Assembly: GCA_964572275.1 (NCBI GenBank)
Contig: CAZNED010000001.1
Coordinates: 87,188 to 151,187 of the forward strand
DNA from: an uncultured Candidatus Saccharibacteria bacterium
GTDB lineage: Bacteria > Patescibacteriota > Minisyncoccia > Minisyncoccales > UBA1441
Reading direction: 5' to 3'
Length of the DNA stretch: 64,000 nucleotides
Part shown: piece by piece, positions 1 to 7,248 of the stretch
Layout of the letters: each line of letters begins with the position of its first letter
Numbering within the stretch: position 1 is the first letter of the stretch
Translations under genes and position numbers: made by a program
Notes under the pieces: generated by a model
Told to the model about the DNA's origin: nothing
The model's database searches: none
What the model saw: the letters and a program-made list of their open reading frames with translations, nothing else

Positions 1-484
1 CTCCCGCTTCCTTAATCTCATCACTCAATGTCGCCAATACTTTATCCTTATCAATCACCTCAATATTTTCAGTTAAAGATCTAATATCTTCAATCATCTG
101 CTGTATTTCTAGGGCCTGTTTATTGTTCTCAACGCGCCTATCTCTCGTAACCGTCAATTGATCTTTAAGTTCAACAATTTGCTCTTTTAATCCGACCAGT
201 GGCTCCTGTAAAACGATCAATGGGCTTTTCTCAGCCACGAAATTTGGTTCTTCTTCAACCACAACTTGATCCTGTCCAAAATGGAGTAAGCCAAGTAGGC
301 CGCCGACTAAAGCTAACCCGAGTACCATACCCGTTAGGGCTGGTTGCCAATGGGCGACAAACCAACTAGATTTATTTTCTTTAACAACTCCAAATAAATT
401 GTCCCTAGTCAAAGAGACCCAATCTTGATTGGGCTGAACTATCTTCAACGATTTGATCATTTTGACTAATTCGCGATCTTCCAT
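1..484 (-). CDS. Putative anti-sigma factor / single-pass membrane protein (3' end runs off the window)
   Basis: Open minus-strand frame from ATG at 484 to the window edge (MEDRELVKMIKSLKIVQPNQDW...). It has one hydrophobic span, ALTGMVLGLALVGGLLGLL, then an E/K/Q-rich tail. It lies 48 nt downstream of the ECF sigma gene on the same strand. It is not in the ORF track because it is truncated. Confidence 0.45.
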   Translation of the reverse strand, partial: MEDRELVKMIKSLKIVQPNQDWVSLTRDNLFGVVKENKSSWFVAHWQPALTGMVLGLALVGGLLGLLHFGQDQVVVEEEPNFVAEKSPLIVLQEPLVGLKEQIVELKDQLTVTRDRRVENNKQALEIQQMIEDIRSLTENIEVIDKDKVLATLSDEIKEAG

Positions 485-532
485 ACTATATAATATGCCG
501 TTTTTCAGAGAAAAAGGTTACACTCTTTGCCG

Positions 533-1072
533 TCAATTATGGAGAAGATCCGTTTTTTCTCCTCCTAATTCGGATTTAAGCGCTTCTCTGGCGCGATATA
601 ATGCCGTTTTAACTGCTCCAATTGAACGATTAGAATCCTCAGCTATTTCCTCTAAAGACAGCCCGTTGAGATAATATTGGATAATCAGATCTTGATAATC
701 TAGATTAATTTTATTCAAAGCGATTAAAATTCTATTAGCTTCTTGTTTCCTGGCCTCTATCTCGGAAGGATGTCTATCTTCCGCAGGAAGATCATAATTG
801 CCTAAATGGACTATCTCTCGGCGTGATTCAACGCGATAATAATCAGCTATGGCGTGACGAGCCAATTGATAAAGAAATGCCTTTACATTTTTAATCTCAG
901 ACTGTTGATGATCTGGGTCTAGGCTTTCTCTATAAACTATCCAGCCTCGTTCAAAAACTTGGGCTGTTAAATCTTCGGCTGTCTCTCGAGAACTGACCTT
1001 TAGGCGGATATATCGATATATTTTTGTGACTTGCGCACTGTATATGCGACTAAATTTCTTCCCCGGGTCCAT
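533..1072 (-). CDS. ECF-type RNA polymerase sigma-70 family factor
   Basis: 179 aa. Region 2-like segment FLYQLARHAIADYYR and region 4 HTH LSLEEIAEDSNRSIGAVKTALYRAREAL. Confidence 0.85.
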   Translation of the reverse strand: MDPGKKFSRIYSAQVTKIYRYIRLKVSSRETAEDLTAQVFERGWIVYRESLDPDHQQSEIKNVKAFLYQLARHAIADYYRVESRREIVHLGNYDLPAEDRHPSEIEARKQEANRILIALNKINLDYQDLIIQYYLNGLSLEEIAEDSNRSIGAVKTALYRAREALKSELGGEKTDLLHN

Positions 1073-1101
1073 TTTGATATTTACAAATACAATTATTCTT
1101 T

Positions 1102-1225
1102 ATGTCCGTAATTTCTACACAAGTTGTCCACATGTTAGCTTGATAAATGATGATAATGTCCGTAGTGCTTGAATTAATTAAATTATGTCCGATTTAGGGA
1201 CATTATAAATGTCCGTTATGTCCTT
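1102..1225. promoter_or_regulatory. Array of five ATGTCCG(T/A)-type boxes, including the palindrome GGACAT-N5-ATGTCC
   Basis: Copies at 1102-1109, 1156-1163, 1185-1192, 1209-1216 and 1218-1225 (the last reads ATGTCCTT). The palindrome is at 1198-1214. All copies sit in the 159-nt gap between the HTH regulator gene and the ECF sigma gene. Confidence 0.6.
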
Positions 1226-1231
1226 ATTTAT

Positions 1232-1894
1232 TCAGGAGTTATCCACAAAACTTATTTGGTAAAAAGTTCCTGTTCCTCGACCAATACGTTTAACTTTCCT
1301 CTGTTGCACTAAATTCTCTAAATCTCTCCTCAAAGTACGAGCAGTAACTTCTGTCAACTGTTCTTGAATCTGTTTCATCTGAATTCTCGGATGCTGACGA
1401 ATCATCTTTAAGATTTGACCCTGCCTTGCTGAAGGCATAGATGACTCATTATTCTTTGTATCTTCCTTGAGATTATAAATTGTGTTTTCTTCCATTAGAA
1501 CAGATTCCTTTTTAGGCTTATCTAGATGATCATCAGCAATGATTATTGTTCTATTAATGCTTGTTTTATTTTTTTCTTGTCGATTAATCGTATCGCTTAA
1601 TTGCTCCTCTAAACGACTATATTCTTGATCTAATAAAAGAAGGTTAATTTCATTAACCCATTTTTGTCCTTGTGAAACTTCTAATAAAGAACGTAATATT
1701 TGAATATTTTTTAGATTATTTTTAGCAGTATCTGAATCTACATTGCTTTCATTTGAAAAATGATAAGGTGCCAAACTAGTTAAGATTTTCAAAGCCCAAT
1801 CACGCAAGCCAAGACGAAGAGGTTCTTGTTCGGGAAACATCTCTGTCACCCGATAAAGAGCAGAAGTTAATTTTATAAAATCTCTCTGATCCAT
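1232..1894 (-). CDS. Winged-helix (DeoR-like) HTH transcription regulator-like protein
   Basis: 220 aa. The C-terminus QGQILKMIRQHPRIQMKQIQEQLTEVTARTLRRDLENLVQQRKVKRIG resembles a DeoR-type HTH. The N-terminal helical domain is unassigned. Confidence 0.6.
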   Translation of the reverse strand: MDQRDFIKLTSALYRVTEMFPEQEPLRLGLRDWALKILTSLAPYHFSNESNVDSDTAKNNLKNIQILRSLLEVSQGQKWVNEINLLLLDQEYSRLEEQLSDTINRQEKNKTSINRTIIIADDHLDKPKKESVLMEENTIYNLKEDTKNNESSMPSARQGQILKMIRQHPRIQMKQIQEQLTEVTARTLRRDLENLVQQRKVKRIGRGTGTFYQISFVDNS

Positions 1895-1976
1895 ATTTCT
1901 TTAAAAACGGTCAATAGGTCATGACCGCAAGTGTAACTATAACAGAGAAAATATCTTTTGGCAATAAAAAGAAGGT

Positions 1977-2004
1977 GGCTCGAAGAATAATGCCTCTTCG
2001 AGCC
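1977..2004 (-). terminator. Intrinsic terminator of the minus-strand micro-ORF pair
   Basis: Perfect 10-bp stem GGCTCGAAGA/TCTTCGAGCC with an 8-nt loop, followed on the minus strand by TTCTTTTTATT. Confidence 0.7.
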
Positions 2005-2019
2005 CCCGGAGCCCCCCTG

Positions 2020-2112
2020 CTACTTGTCCAGCCCAGCCAACCACCTTCCAAGCGTAGATCCGCAGATCATTGCTAGGAAGAGAAGCAATACCTCCAACAC
2101 TTTTGTCGTCAC
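2020..2112 (-). CDS. 30-codon hydrophobic micro-ORF (VTTKVLEVLLLFLAMICGSTLGRWLAGLDK)
   Basis: GTG start overlaps the upstream stop (GTGA). GGGAGGG lies 5 nt upstream. The sequence is GC-rich. It corresponds to the C-terminal part of the implausible 95-aa track ORF 2020..2307. Confidence 0.45.
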   Translation of the reverse strand: MTTKVLEVLLLFLAMICGSTLGRWLAGLDK

Positions 2113-2267
2113 ACCATCCCTCCCAAGTTGTCCCAAGAGAGATAAACGATGGGGGCGACGATGATGCAAATCGCCACTCCGATTATCTGAGCGACCGAAC
2201 CCAAAAACAGAAACAGCAGAGTCGGTCCCAGACCAATCGTTGCGAATCCTTTTCCGATGCGATGCAT
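2109..2267 (-). CDS. 52-aa small membrane protein (MHRIGKGFATIGLGPTLLFLFLGSVAQIIGVAICIIVAPIVYLSWDNLGGMV)
   Basis: Hand translation. GGAGGG lies directly upstream of the ATG (spacer about 3-4 nt). Two hydrophobic spans and GC3-rich codons. Below the ORF-track length cut-off. Confidence 0.55.
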   Translation of the reverse strand: MHRIGKGFATIGLGPTLLFLFLGSVAQIIGVAICIIVAPIVYLSWDNLGGMV

Positions 2268-2348
2268 AGACCCTCCTTAACGTCGCAGGTAAATAAAACG
2301 ATCGCATGAAATAATAATTTTGTCAATTTATTAATATTCAAATCAATA

Positions 2349-2377
2349 TTGACATAAATAATATTTATGTCAGAATA
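2349..2377 (+). promoter_or_regulatory. Sigma-70-type promoter with an overlapping perfect palindromic operator
   Basis: TTGACA (2349-2354), a 17-nt spacer, then AGAATA (2372-2377). The palindrome TGACATAAATA-A-TATTTATGTCA spans 2350-2372. An additional TGTCAAT...ATTGACA inverted repeat lies upstream. Confidence 0.6.
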
Positions 2378-2403
2378 AATTATCTCATCGTGAGGGGGTT
2401 CGG

Positions 2404-2904
2404 ATGGTTCAAAAAGCTATTGATTTGGTACCGGAAGACTGGAGGTCTCGTTTTCCTGAGACCGTGTCAGAGTTGGGATTGCTGGGTGAACGTACCCTGC
2501 AAGTTCTTCTGGAGAGATGGTCGCAAGAGAGCGAAGAAGCAGCCATCATCCAGCGGATCATGGAGGGAAACACCTCTCCCACTCCACCCTTAATCTTTCT
2601 CCGGCCGAACGACTGGTTGGAGAAGGGGTGCAGCGTCCTATGGATCAAGGTGAATCCCAAAAACGGCTCCATGAGAATCCATGGACCGATCGACATCATA
2701 GAGTTGTACTACGGTAAGGAAGGAGAGGTGATAGCAGCCAGGATGAAAAGCGGAGAGACCGTCCTGGCTCATCGCGTATTCCACCTCTATGAAATAGAGG
2801 TACTGAAGAAACATCCCCTGCTTCTGAAAGTCTGGCTAAGGGGAGTCTCTCCCCAAGACAGGGATCGTGTAAAGGAGGCGATCGAAGGGTTCTGGCTCCC
2901 CTAA
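2404..2904 (+). CDS. Hypothetical soluble protein, 166 aa, GC-rich orphan
   Basis: ORF track. GAGGGGG lies 5 nt upstream of the ATG. It has its own promoter and terminator. I recognise no family. Confidence 0.6.
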   Translation: MVQKAIDLVPEDWRSRFPETVSELGLLGERTLQVLLERWSQESEEAAIIQRIMEGNTSPTPPLIFLRPNDWLEKGCSVLWIKVNPKNGSMRIHGPIDIIELYYGKEGEVIAARMKSGETVLAHRVFHLYEIEVLKKHPLLLKVWLRGVSPQDRDRVKEAIEGFWLP

Positions 2905-2921
2905 AACCAGAAGGACCGGGT

Positions 2922-2960
2922 GGGCTCGATGCGTGGTATGCGTCGGGCCCTTTCTCATTT
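2922..2960 (+). terminator. Intrinsic terminator of the 166-aa ORF
   Basis: Stem GGGCTCGA/TCGGGCCC (one G-U pair) at 2922-2950, followed by TTTCTCATTT. Confidence 0.6.
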
Positions 2961-2995
2961 AAATAAAAACGGGAGCTGAATGGTTCAGCCCCCCC
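2961..2995 (-). terminator. Intrinsic terminator of the 29-aa micro-ORF
   Basis: Hairpin GGGAGCTGAA-TGG-TTCAGCCCCC at 2971-2995. On the minus strand it is followed by GTTTTTATTT. Confidence 0.6.
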
Positions 2996-3018
2996 CTCCC
3001 CAACCCTCTTTGTCTTTG

Positions 3019-3108
3019 TCATGGATGATACCGCCGCCACATACCCGAGATCAGAGATACGAGAATCAGCGCTCCGATGGCTATTCCGAAAAACTCGGCC
3101 AAAGACAT
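3019..3108 (-). CDS. 29-aa hydrophobic peptide (MSLAEFFGIAIGALILVSLISGMWRRYHP)
   Basis: Hand translation. AAGGAGGG lies 4-5 nt upstream of the ATG. One TM-like span plus a basic tail, with a dedicated terminator. Below the ORF-track cut-off. Confidence 0.55.
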   Translation of the reverse strand: MSLAEFFGIAIGALILVSLISGMWRRYHP

Positions 3109-3211
3109 AACTCCCTCCTTTTCGCCTAAGGCAATAATGTAAATATAGCATATAAGTTCTATACTGTAGATTGTTTTTTAAAAGAAATTGTAGTAACCTG
3201 AATTGTTTCCT

Positions 3212-3283
3212 GTCCTCGTAGCTCAACGGATAGAGCACTGGCCTGCGGAGCCAGAGATGCAGGTTCGATTCCTGCCGAGGACG
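3212..3283 (+). tRNA. tRNA-Arg, anticodon GCG as read
   Basis: Hand-folded cloverleaf. Acceptor GTCCTCG/CGAGGAC, D stem GCTC/GAGC, anticodon stem CTGGC/GCCAG with loop CTGCGGA, T arm CAGGT-TCGATTC-CCTGC. CCA is not encoded. Confidence 0.9.
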
Positions 3284-3293
3284 CATATAAAAA

Positions 3294-3317
3294 ACTCGCT
3301 TTCCAGAAGAAGCGAGT
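3294..3317. terminator. Bidirectional terminator between tRNA-Arg and the serpin gene
   Basis: Stem ACTCGCTT/AAGCGAGT flanked by an A-run and a T-run. Confidence 0.65.
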
Positions 3318-3342
3318 TTTTGAATCTTACTAAGAGCCAGAT

Positions 3343-4608
3343 TTAAGACGGATTATTGACACGACCCATAAACAGGATTGCCCCCGTTTCTGAATGTTCA
3401 ATTAAGAAGAAGAATGGTCTATCGGCTCGGAAAACTGGTTTGTCTATCATCATAGCCGATTCTTTCATGATTACTGCCGTTGCGGCAGCTGCTTCGGTTC
3501 CTTCTTCATTTACTTCCACAAAAGCTTGATGAATAACTTCGCTGATAAAAAGATCTTTATTCCCTGTCATTCCTGAGAAATCAGCATCCATTGAGAAAGC
3601 AATTGGCATACCCATTTCCGCCAGATCTTCCTTCATGAAATATTTTGTTTCCAATTTAAAGCGAGGCAGAAATAAATCGATTTCTCGAGGTTGCAAAGAT
3701 TGACGATAAGTCTCTAATTTTTCCAATATCAAAGATTCTTCTAATTGCCCTATCTCATTTTGTTTAGGCAATAAGATCAACATAGCCAGTTCTTCTCCTT
3801 TATATGGAAGAGATAATATTTGCACATCATCTATTTCCGCATATCTTAACGGTTCTTCTCCGATACGTTGCATCATTGATACGGCTACCTTTTCACTCTC
3901 ATCTAAATAAAAATCGCTCTCTTGCGTTAAATCGGAATCGAACCCTTCCAACCAAGTACCTTTGAAATATATGGCATTAGTCAAAACTAGTCGCGTAATC
4001 GGATCAATAAATCCAGCCGGAATTAAATCCTTAATCTTTTCTTCTGTTTGATCTTCAACCCATTGATTAATCGTTAATCTGGAACCTTCGGGATCATCGC
4101 GGAAATTAAGCGATGTCGCCTTTCCTCGATAATATTTTTCAATAACAGAAAAATATTCTGTTAAGAAATTATAATCCTCCTGAGGCCACAATACATTGAC
4201 TGTCTTTAAGATATAATCAGATTTTGATTGATTGAAAATATTATAAAGGCCAGCGAAACCTTTTCCCCTTGTTTCTTCATCCGGCAGATGAAGTACCAGT
4301 TTCATTTCTTCAGCTGTTTGATTTTTCGCTCCTTCATAAGTCATGGCTAAAGCCGTAACAATGCTATAAGGCGAGAAAAATATATTGTCTTCTTGTTGAC
4401 GATATTGATTATAAAGGTCCAGGGCAAATTGATTACTACTGCGAACTATCTCTTGCGTGCTTTCAATATCTGTTTCTACATCAAGAATCGGACCATCTTC
4501 TGGTGTTATTGGAGCTTCGCCACGCCAATAACCAAACAGGAGAACGATCACAATCATAGTTAAGATCATTAAAACGATGTTTATGATTGTTTTTCCTTTT
4601 TGTTTCAT
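3343..4608 (-). CDS. Serpin family protease inhibitor, N-terminally membrane-anchored
   Basis: 421 aa. Serpin signatures FFSPYSIVTALAMTYEGA, NAIYFKGTW and hinge/RCL EEGTEAAAATAVIMKESAMM...FRADRPFFFLI. N-terminal TM span IINIVLMILTMIVIVLLFGYW. Confidence 0.9.
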   Translation of the reverse strand: MKQKGKTIINIVLMILTMIVIVLLFGYWRGEAPITPEDGPILDVETDIESTQEIVRSSNQFALDLYNQYRQQEDNIFFSPYSIVTALAMTYEGAKNQTAEEMKLVLHLPDEETRGKGFAGLYNIFNQSKSDYILKTVNVLWPQEDYNFLTEYFSVIEKYYRGKATSLNFRDDPEGSRLTINQWVEDQTEEKIKDLIPAGFIDPITRLVLTNAIYFKGTWLEGFDSDLTQESDFYLDESEKVAVSMMQRIGEEPLRYAEIDDVQILSLPYKGEELAMLILLPKQNEIGQLEESLILEKLETYRQSLQPREIDLFLPRFKLETKYFMKEDLAEMGMPIAFSMDADFSGMTGNKDLFISEVIHQAFVEVNEEGTEAAAATAVIMKESAMMIDKPVFRADRPFFFLIEHSETGAILFMGRVNNPS

Positions 4609-4675
4609 AAATGAAATATTAATAATACCTTTATTCTAATATATTAATTGCTTTCTGCCAATGAAAGTAATACTC

Positions 4676-4703
4676 TTGACAAAACATAAATATGTGTTAT
4701 CCT
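4676..4703 (+). promoter_or_regulatory. Promoter of the GC-rich membrane-protein cassette
   Basis: TTGACA (4676-4681), a 16-nt spacer, then an extended -10 TGtTATCCT (4695-4703). Confidence 0.5.
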
Positions 4704-4724
4704 CATAATTGTAAGGAGGTGCAC

Positions 4725-5039
4725 ATGAAACTCGGTATCTTCTGGGCCGCCGTCGGTGGTACTAGCGTCGCGGCTCTCGTCTACCAAGCAGGAGCAGGTG
4801 TGTGGTTACTACTAGCCGCACTCATCTTCAATGTCGTCGTCGGTGTGATTGCGTGGCGACATGGGCGAGAGCGCCGTGCGATTATGATCATCGCGACGGT
4901 CGTCACAGTGGTTATTGCGGCGACACTCTTCGCGGCATTGTTCGCCACCAATCCGGCGAACGGAGTCATGACCATCCTAGTGATGGTCATCGCAGCGGAC
5001 GTCGCCATCGTGTGGAGATGGCGATGGACAAACATCTAA
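4725..5039 (+). CDS. 104-aa Ala/Val/Gly-rich small membrane protein (about 4 TM), GC-rich orphan
   Basis: AAGGAGG lies 5 nt upstream of the ATG at 4725; the track start at 4692 has no SD. Begins MKLGIFWAAVGGTSVAALVYQAGAGVWLLLAALIF... GC3-rich codons. Confidence 0.65.
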   Translation: MKLGIFWAAVGGTSVAALVYQAGAGVWLLLAALIFNVVVGVIAWRHGRERRAIMIIATVVTVVIAATLFAALFATNPANGVMTILVMVIAADVAIVWRWRWTNI

Positions 5040-5043
5040 TAGG

Positions 5044-5100
5044 GCCTCCCTATCGGACGAGCTCGAGGGTTCGAGCAAAATCCGGCTAGGGAGGCGTTTT
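5044..5100 (+). terminator. Long composite hairpin terminator
   Basis: Outer stem GCCTCCCTA/TAGGGAGGC (5044-5095) with inner helices, followed by GTTTTCATT. Confidence 0.6.
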
Positions 5101-5122
5101 CATTCAATGCTATAATAAATTA

Positions 5123-7186
5123 ATGGATTTAGACTTAAACACAAAAACCTCTGATTTGCCAGGAATAGGCGCTGGATACAGCCGTAAGTTATTTGAAATA
5201 AATATTCAAACAGCTGAAGACTTATTACGATATTTCCCTTATCGTTATGACGATTTTTCAGATTTAAAAAAAATAAATCAAGTCAAAGTCGGAGAAAAAG
5301 TTTGTTTAAAAGGAGAAATCATCGAAATAAAAAACACTTTTACCTTTAGGAGAAGATTAATTATTACCGAAGCTTTTTTACGAGACCAAACCGGTCAAGT
5401 TAAAGTAGTTTGGTTTAACCAACCTTATCTATCTGAACAGCTCCAAGGTCAAACAGTTATTCTGGCGGGTAAAGCCACTGAAAAGAAAGGAGAAATTTAT
5501 TTAGCTAGTCCTATCGCGGAAAAAATAAAAGACTCTCCGACCCATGCCGGACGCATTGTTCCTATTTATCCGGAAACTAAAGGTCTAACTTCTCGGTGGT
5601 TGAGATATGTTATTAAACCACTATTAGAGCAGATGCAAGATATTGATGACCCCCTCCCCTCGTCTATCATCAAGCAACATCAACTAATGAATTTATCCGA
5701 AGCCCTGGCTCAAATTCATTTCCCCGATAATTTAAATCAAGCCGAAAAAGCTCGGAAAAGGTTTGCTTTCGAAGAGTTATTTTATATCCAATTAAGAACT
5801 CTCATCGCTAAAGCAGAGAATAAAAAGCAAGCCGCTATAAAAATACCAATCAATCTGCCATTAATCCAGAAATTCGTAAAATCATTACCGTTTGAATTAA
5901 CAGCTGGACAGAAAATAGCAATTTGGAGGATTTTAAAAGATATGGATCAAGAAGATCCTATGTCGCGTCTATTAGAAGGAGATGTCGGATCCGGCAAGAC
6001 AGCCGTTATGATGATACCTGCACTAAACACTATTTCATCAGGAGGACAAGTCGCCCTTATGGCCCCTACTGCTGTTTTAGCAAGACAACATTTTGATACA
6101 TTAAGACAGTTTTTCAAAGATTTCTCTATAAATATCGGCTTATTGACCAGCGATATACACTATTTAGGGCATCGTCAATGTTCTGCATCTAATATTATCG
6201 ATCAACTAAAATCAGGAAAAATAGATTTAATCATTGGCACCCATGCTTTAATTCAAGAAAGAATTAAATTTAAGAAATTAGCTTTTGTTGTTATCGATGA
6301 ACAACATCGTTTCGGCATTAGACAAAGAGCAAGATTGATGAAACCAGATCAGAAAGAAAAACCTCATTTACTGTCAATGACCGCCACCCCGATTCCTCGT
6401 ACTCTCGCTTTAACTGTTTATGGAGATTTAGATCTTTCTTTATTAAAAGAAAAGCCTCAAGAGAGAGGTGAAATCATTACTCAAATTATTAAACCCAATC
6501 AAAGGCGCGGAGCCTACAATCTTATTCGCCGAGAAATTAAGAAAGGGCACCAAGCTTTTATTATTTGTCCGCGCATAAAATCAGATTCAGAAGAAGATCA
6601 TATCAAAACTGTAAACAAAGAATATGAAAAATTATCAGAAGATATTTTTTCAGATTTGAAAGTGTCCCGTCTGCATGGGCAAATGAAGGCCACCGAAAAA
6701 GAGAGGGTTCTGAAAGGATTTCAGAAAAACAAAATAAATATATTAATTACTACCTCTGTTATCGAGGTAGGAATAGATATCCCTAACGCAACTATCATGA
6801 TTATCGAGGGCGCTGAAAGATTCGGCCTAGCCCAGCTTCATCAAATGAGAGGACGCATCGGTCGATCGAATCATGAATCTTATTGCCTACTATTTACTAG
6901 CTCTCCTGAGATAGAGAGCACTCGCCGACTATCGGCTTTAGTAAAATGCCACGATGGTTTTAAATTAGCTGAAAAAGATTTAGCCATCCGCGGACCTGGT
7001 TCTCTAACTGGACAAAATCAATGGGGAATCCCCGATTTAATAATGGCTAATTTGAAAGACTTAGATCTCGTAGAGAAAACCCGCCAAGCTGCGAAAGATT
7101 TACTTTCTGACGATCCAGAGCTAGAGAAACATATTCATCTAGCCGAAAAAGTTAAAAACATCGAAAGCATAGTCCATTTTGAATAA
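5123..7186 (+). CDS. recG: ATP-dependent DNA helicase RecG
   Basis: 687 aa. Wedge/OB N-terminal domain, Walker A GDVGSGKT, DEQHRFG, and helicase C-terminal motifs QLHQMRGRIGRS. Confidence 0.9.
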   Translation: MDLDLNTKTSDLPGIGAGYSRKLFEINIQTAEDLLRYFPYRYDDFSDLKKINQVKVGEKVCLKGEIIEIKNTFTFRRRLIITEAFLRDQTGQVKVVWFNQPYLSEQLQGQTVILAGKATEKKGEIYLASPIAEKIKDSPTHAGRIVPIYPETKGLTSRWLRYVIKPLLEQMQDIDDPLPSSIIKQHQLMNLSEALAQIHFPDNLNQAEKARKRFAFEELFYIQLRTLIAKAENKKQAAIKIPINLPLIQKFVKSLPFELTAGQKIAIWRILKDMDQEDPMSRLLEGDVGSGKTAVMMIPALNTISSGGQVALMAPTAVLARQHFDTLRQFFKDFSINIGLLTSDIHYLGHRQCSASNIIDQLKSGKIDLIIGTHALIQERIKFKKLAFVVIDEQHRFGIRQRARLMKPDQKEKPHLLSMTATPIPRTLALTVYGDLDLSLLKEKPQERGEIITQIIKPNQRRGAYNLIRREIKKGHQAFIICPRIKSDSEEDHIKTVNKEYEKLSEDIFSDLKVSRLHGQMKATEKERVLKGFQKNKINILITTSVIEVGIDIPNATIMIIEGAERFGLAQLHQMRGRIGRSNHESYCLLFTSSPEIESTRRLSALVKCHDGFKLAEKDLAIRGPGSLTGQNQWGIPDLIMANLKDLDLVEKTRQAAKDLLSDDPELEKHIHLAEKVKNIESIVHFE

Positions 7187-7207
7187 TAATCATCAGAAAA
7201 TCAAAAA

Positions 7208-7228
7208 CCCCTCTTGAAATAAGAGGGG
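7208..7228. terminator. Bidirectional terminator (recG / giant surface protein)
   Basis: CCCCTCTT-GAAAT-AAGAGGGG flanked by an A-run and a T-run. Confidence 0.7.
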
Positions 7229-7248
7229 CTTTGTTTTTTCTAATTTAA

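Noticed and set aside
2020-2307. 95-aa minus-strand track ORF, plus the overlapping plus-strand ORFs 2070-2309, 2390-2593 and 2517-2717 and the minus-strand ORF 2409-2699
   Set aside because: The 95-aa frame has no SD and a non-protein-like N-terminal part. Two short SD-led hydrophobic ORFs (2109-2267 and 2020-2112) explain the locus better. The other ORFs overlap the well-supported 166-aa ORF or lack initiation signals.
1977-3283. Island A as an integrated mobile element at tRNA-Arg
   Set aside because: There is no integrase or recombinase and no direct repeat of the tRNA 3' end. The island also lies on the 5' side of the tRNA. The adjacency is noted but not called a mobile element.
2696-3286. 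196-aa minus-strand track ORF
   Set aside because: It runs through tRNA-Arg (3212-3283), two terminators and the 29-aa micro-ORF in another frame. The sequence is low-complexity and Arg/Ser/Pro-rich, typical of a spurious frame in GC-rich DNA.
4692-4724. Track start ATG 4692 for the Island B protein
   Set aside because: The AAGGAGG SD sits inside this extension, 5 nt before ATG 4725. I prefer the downstream start.
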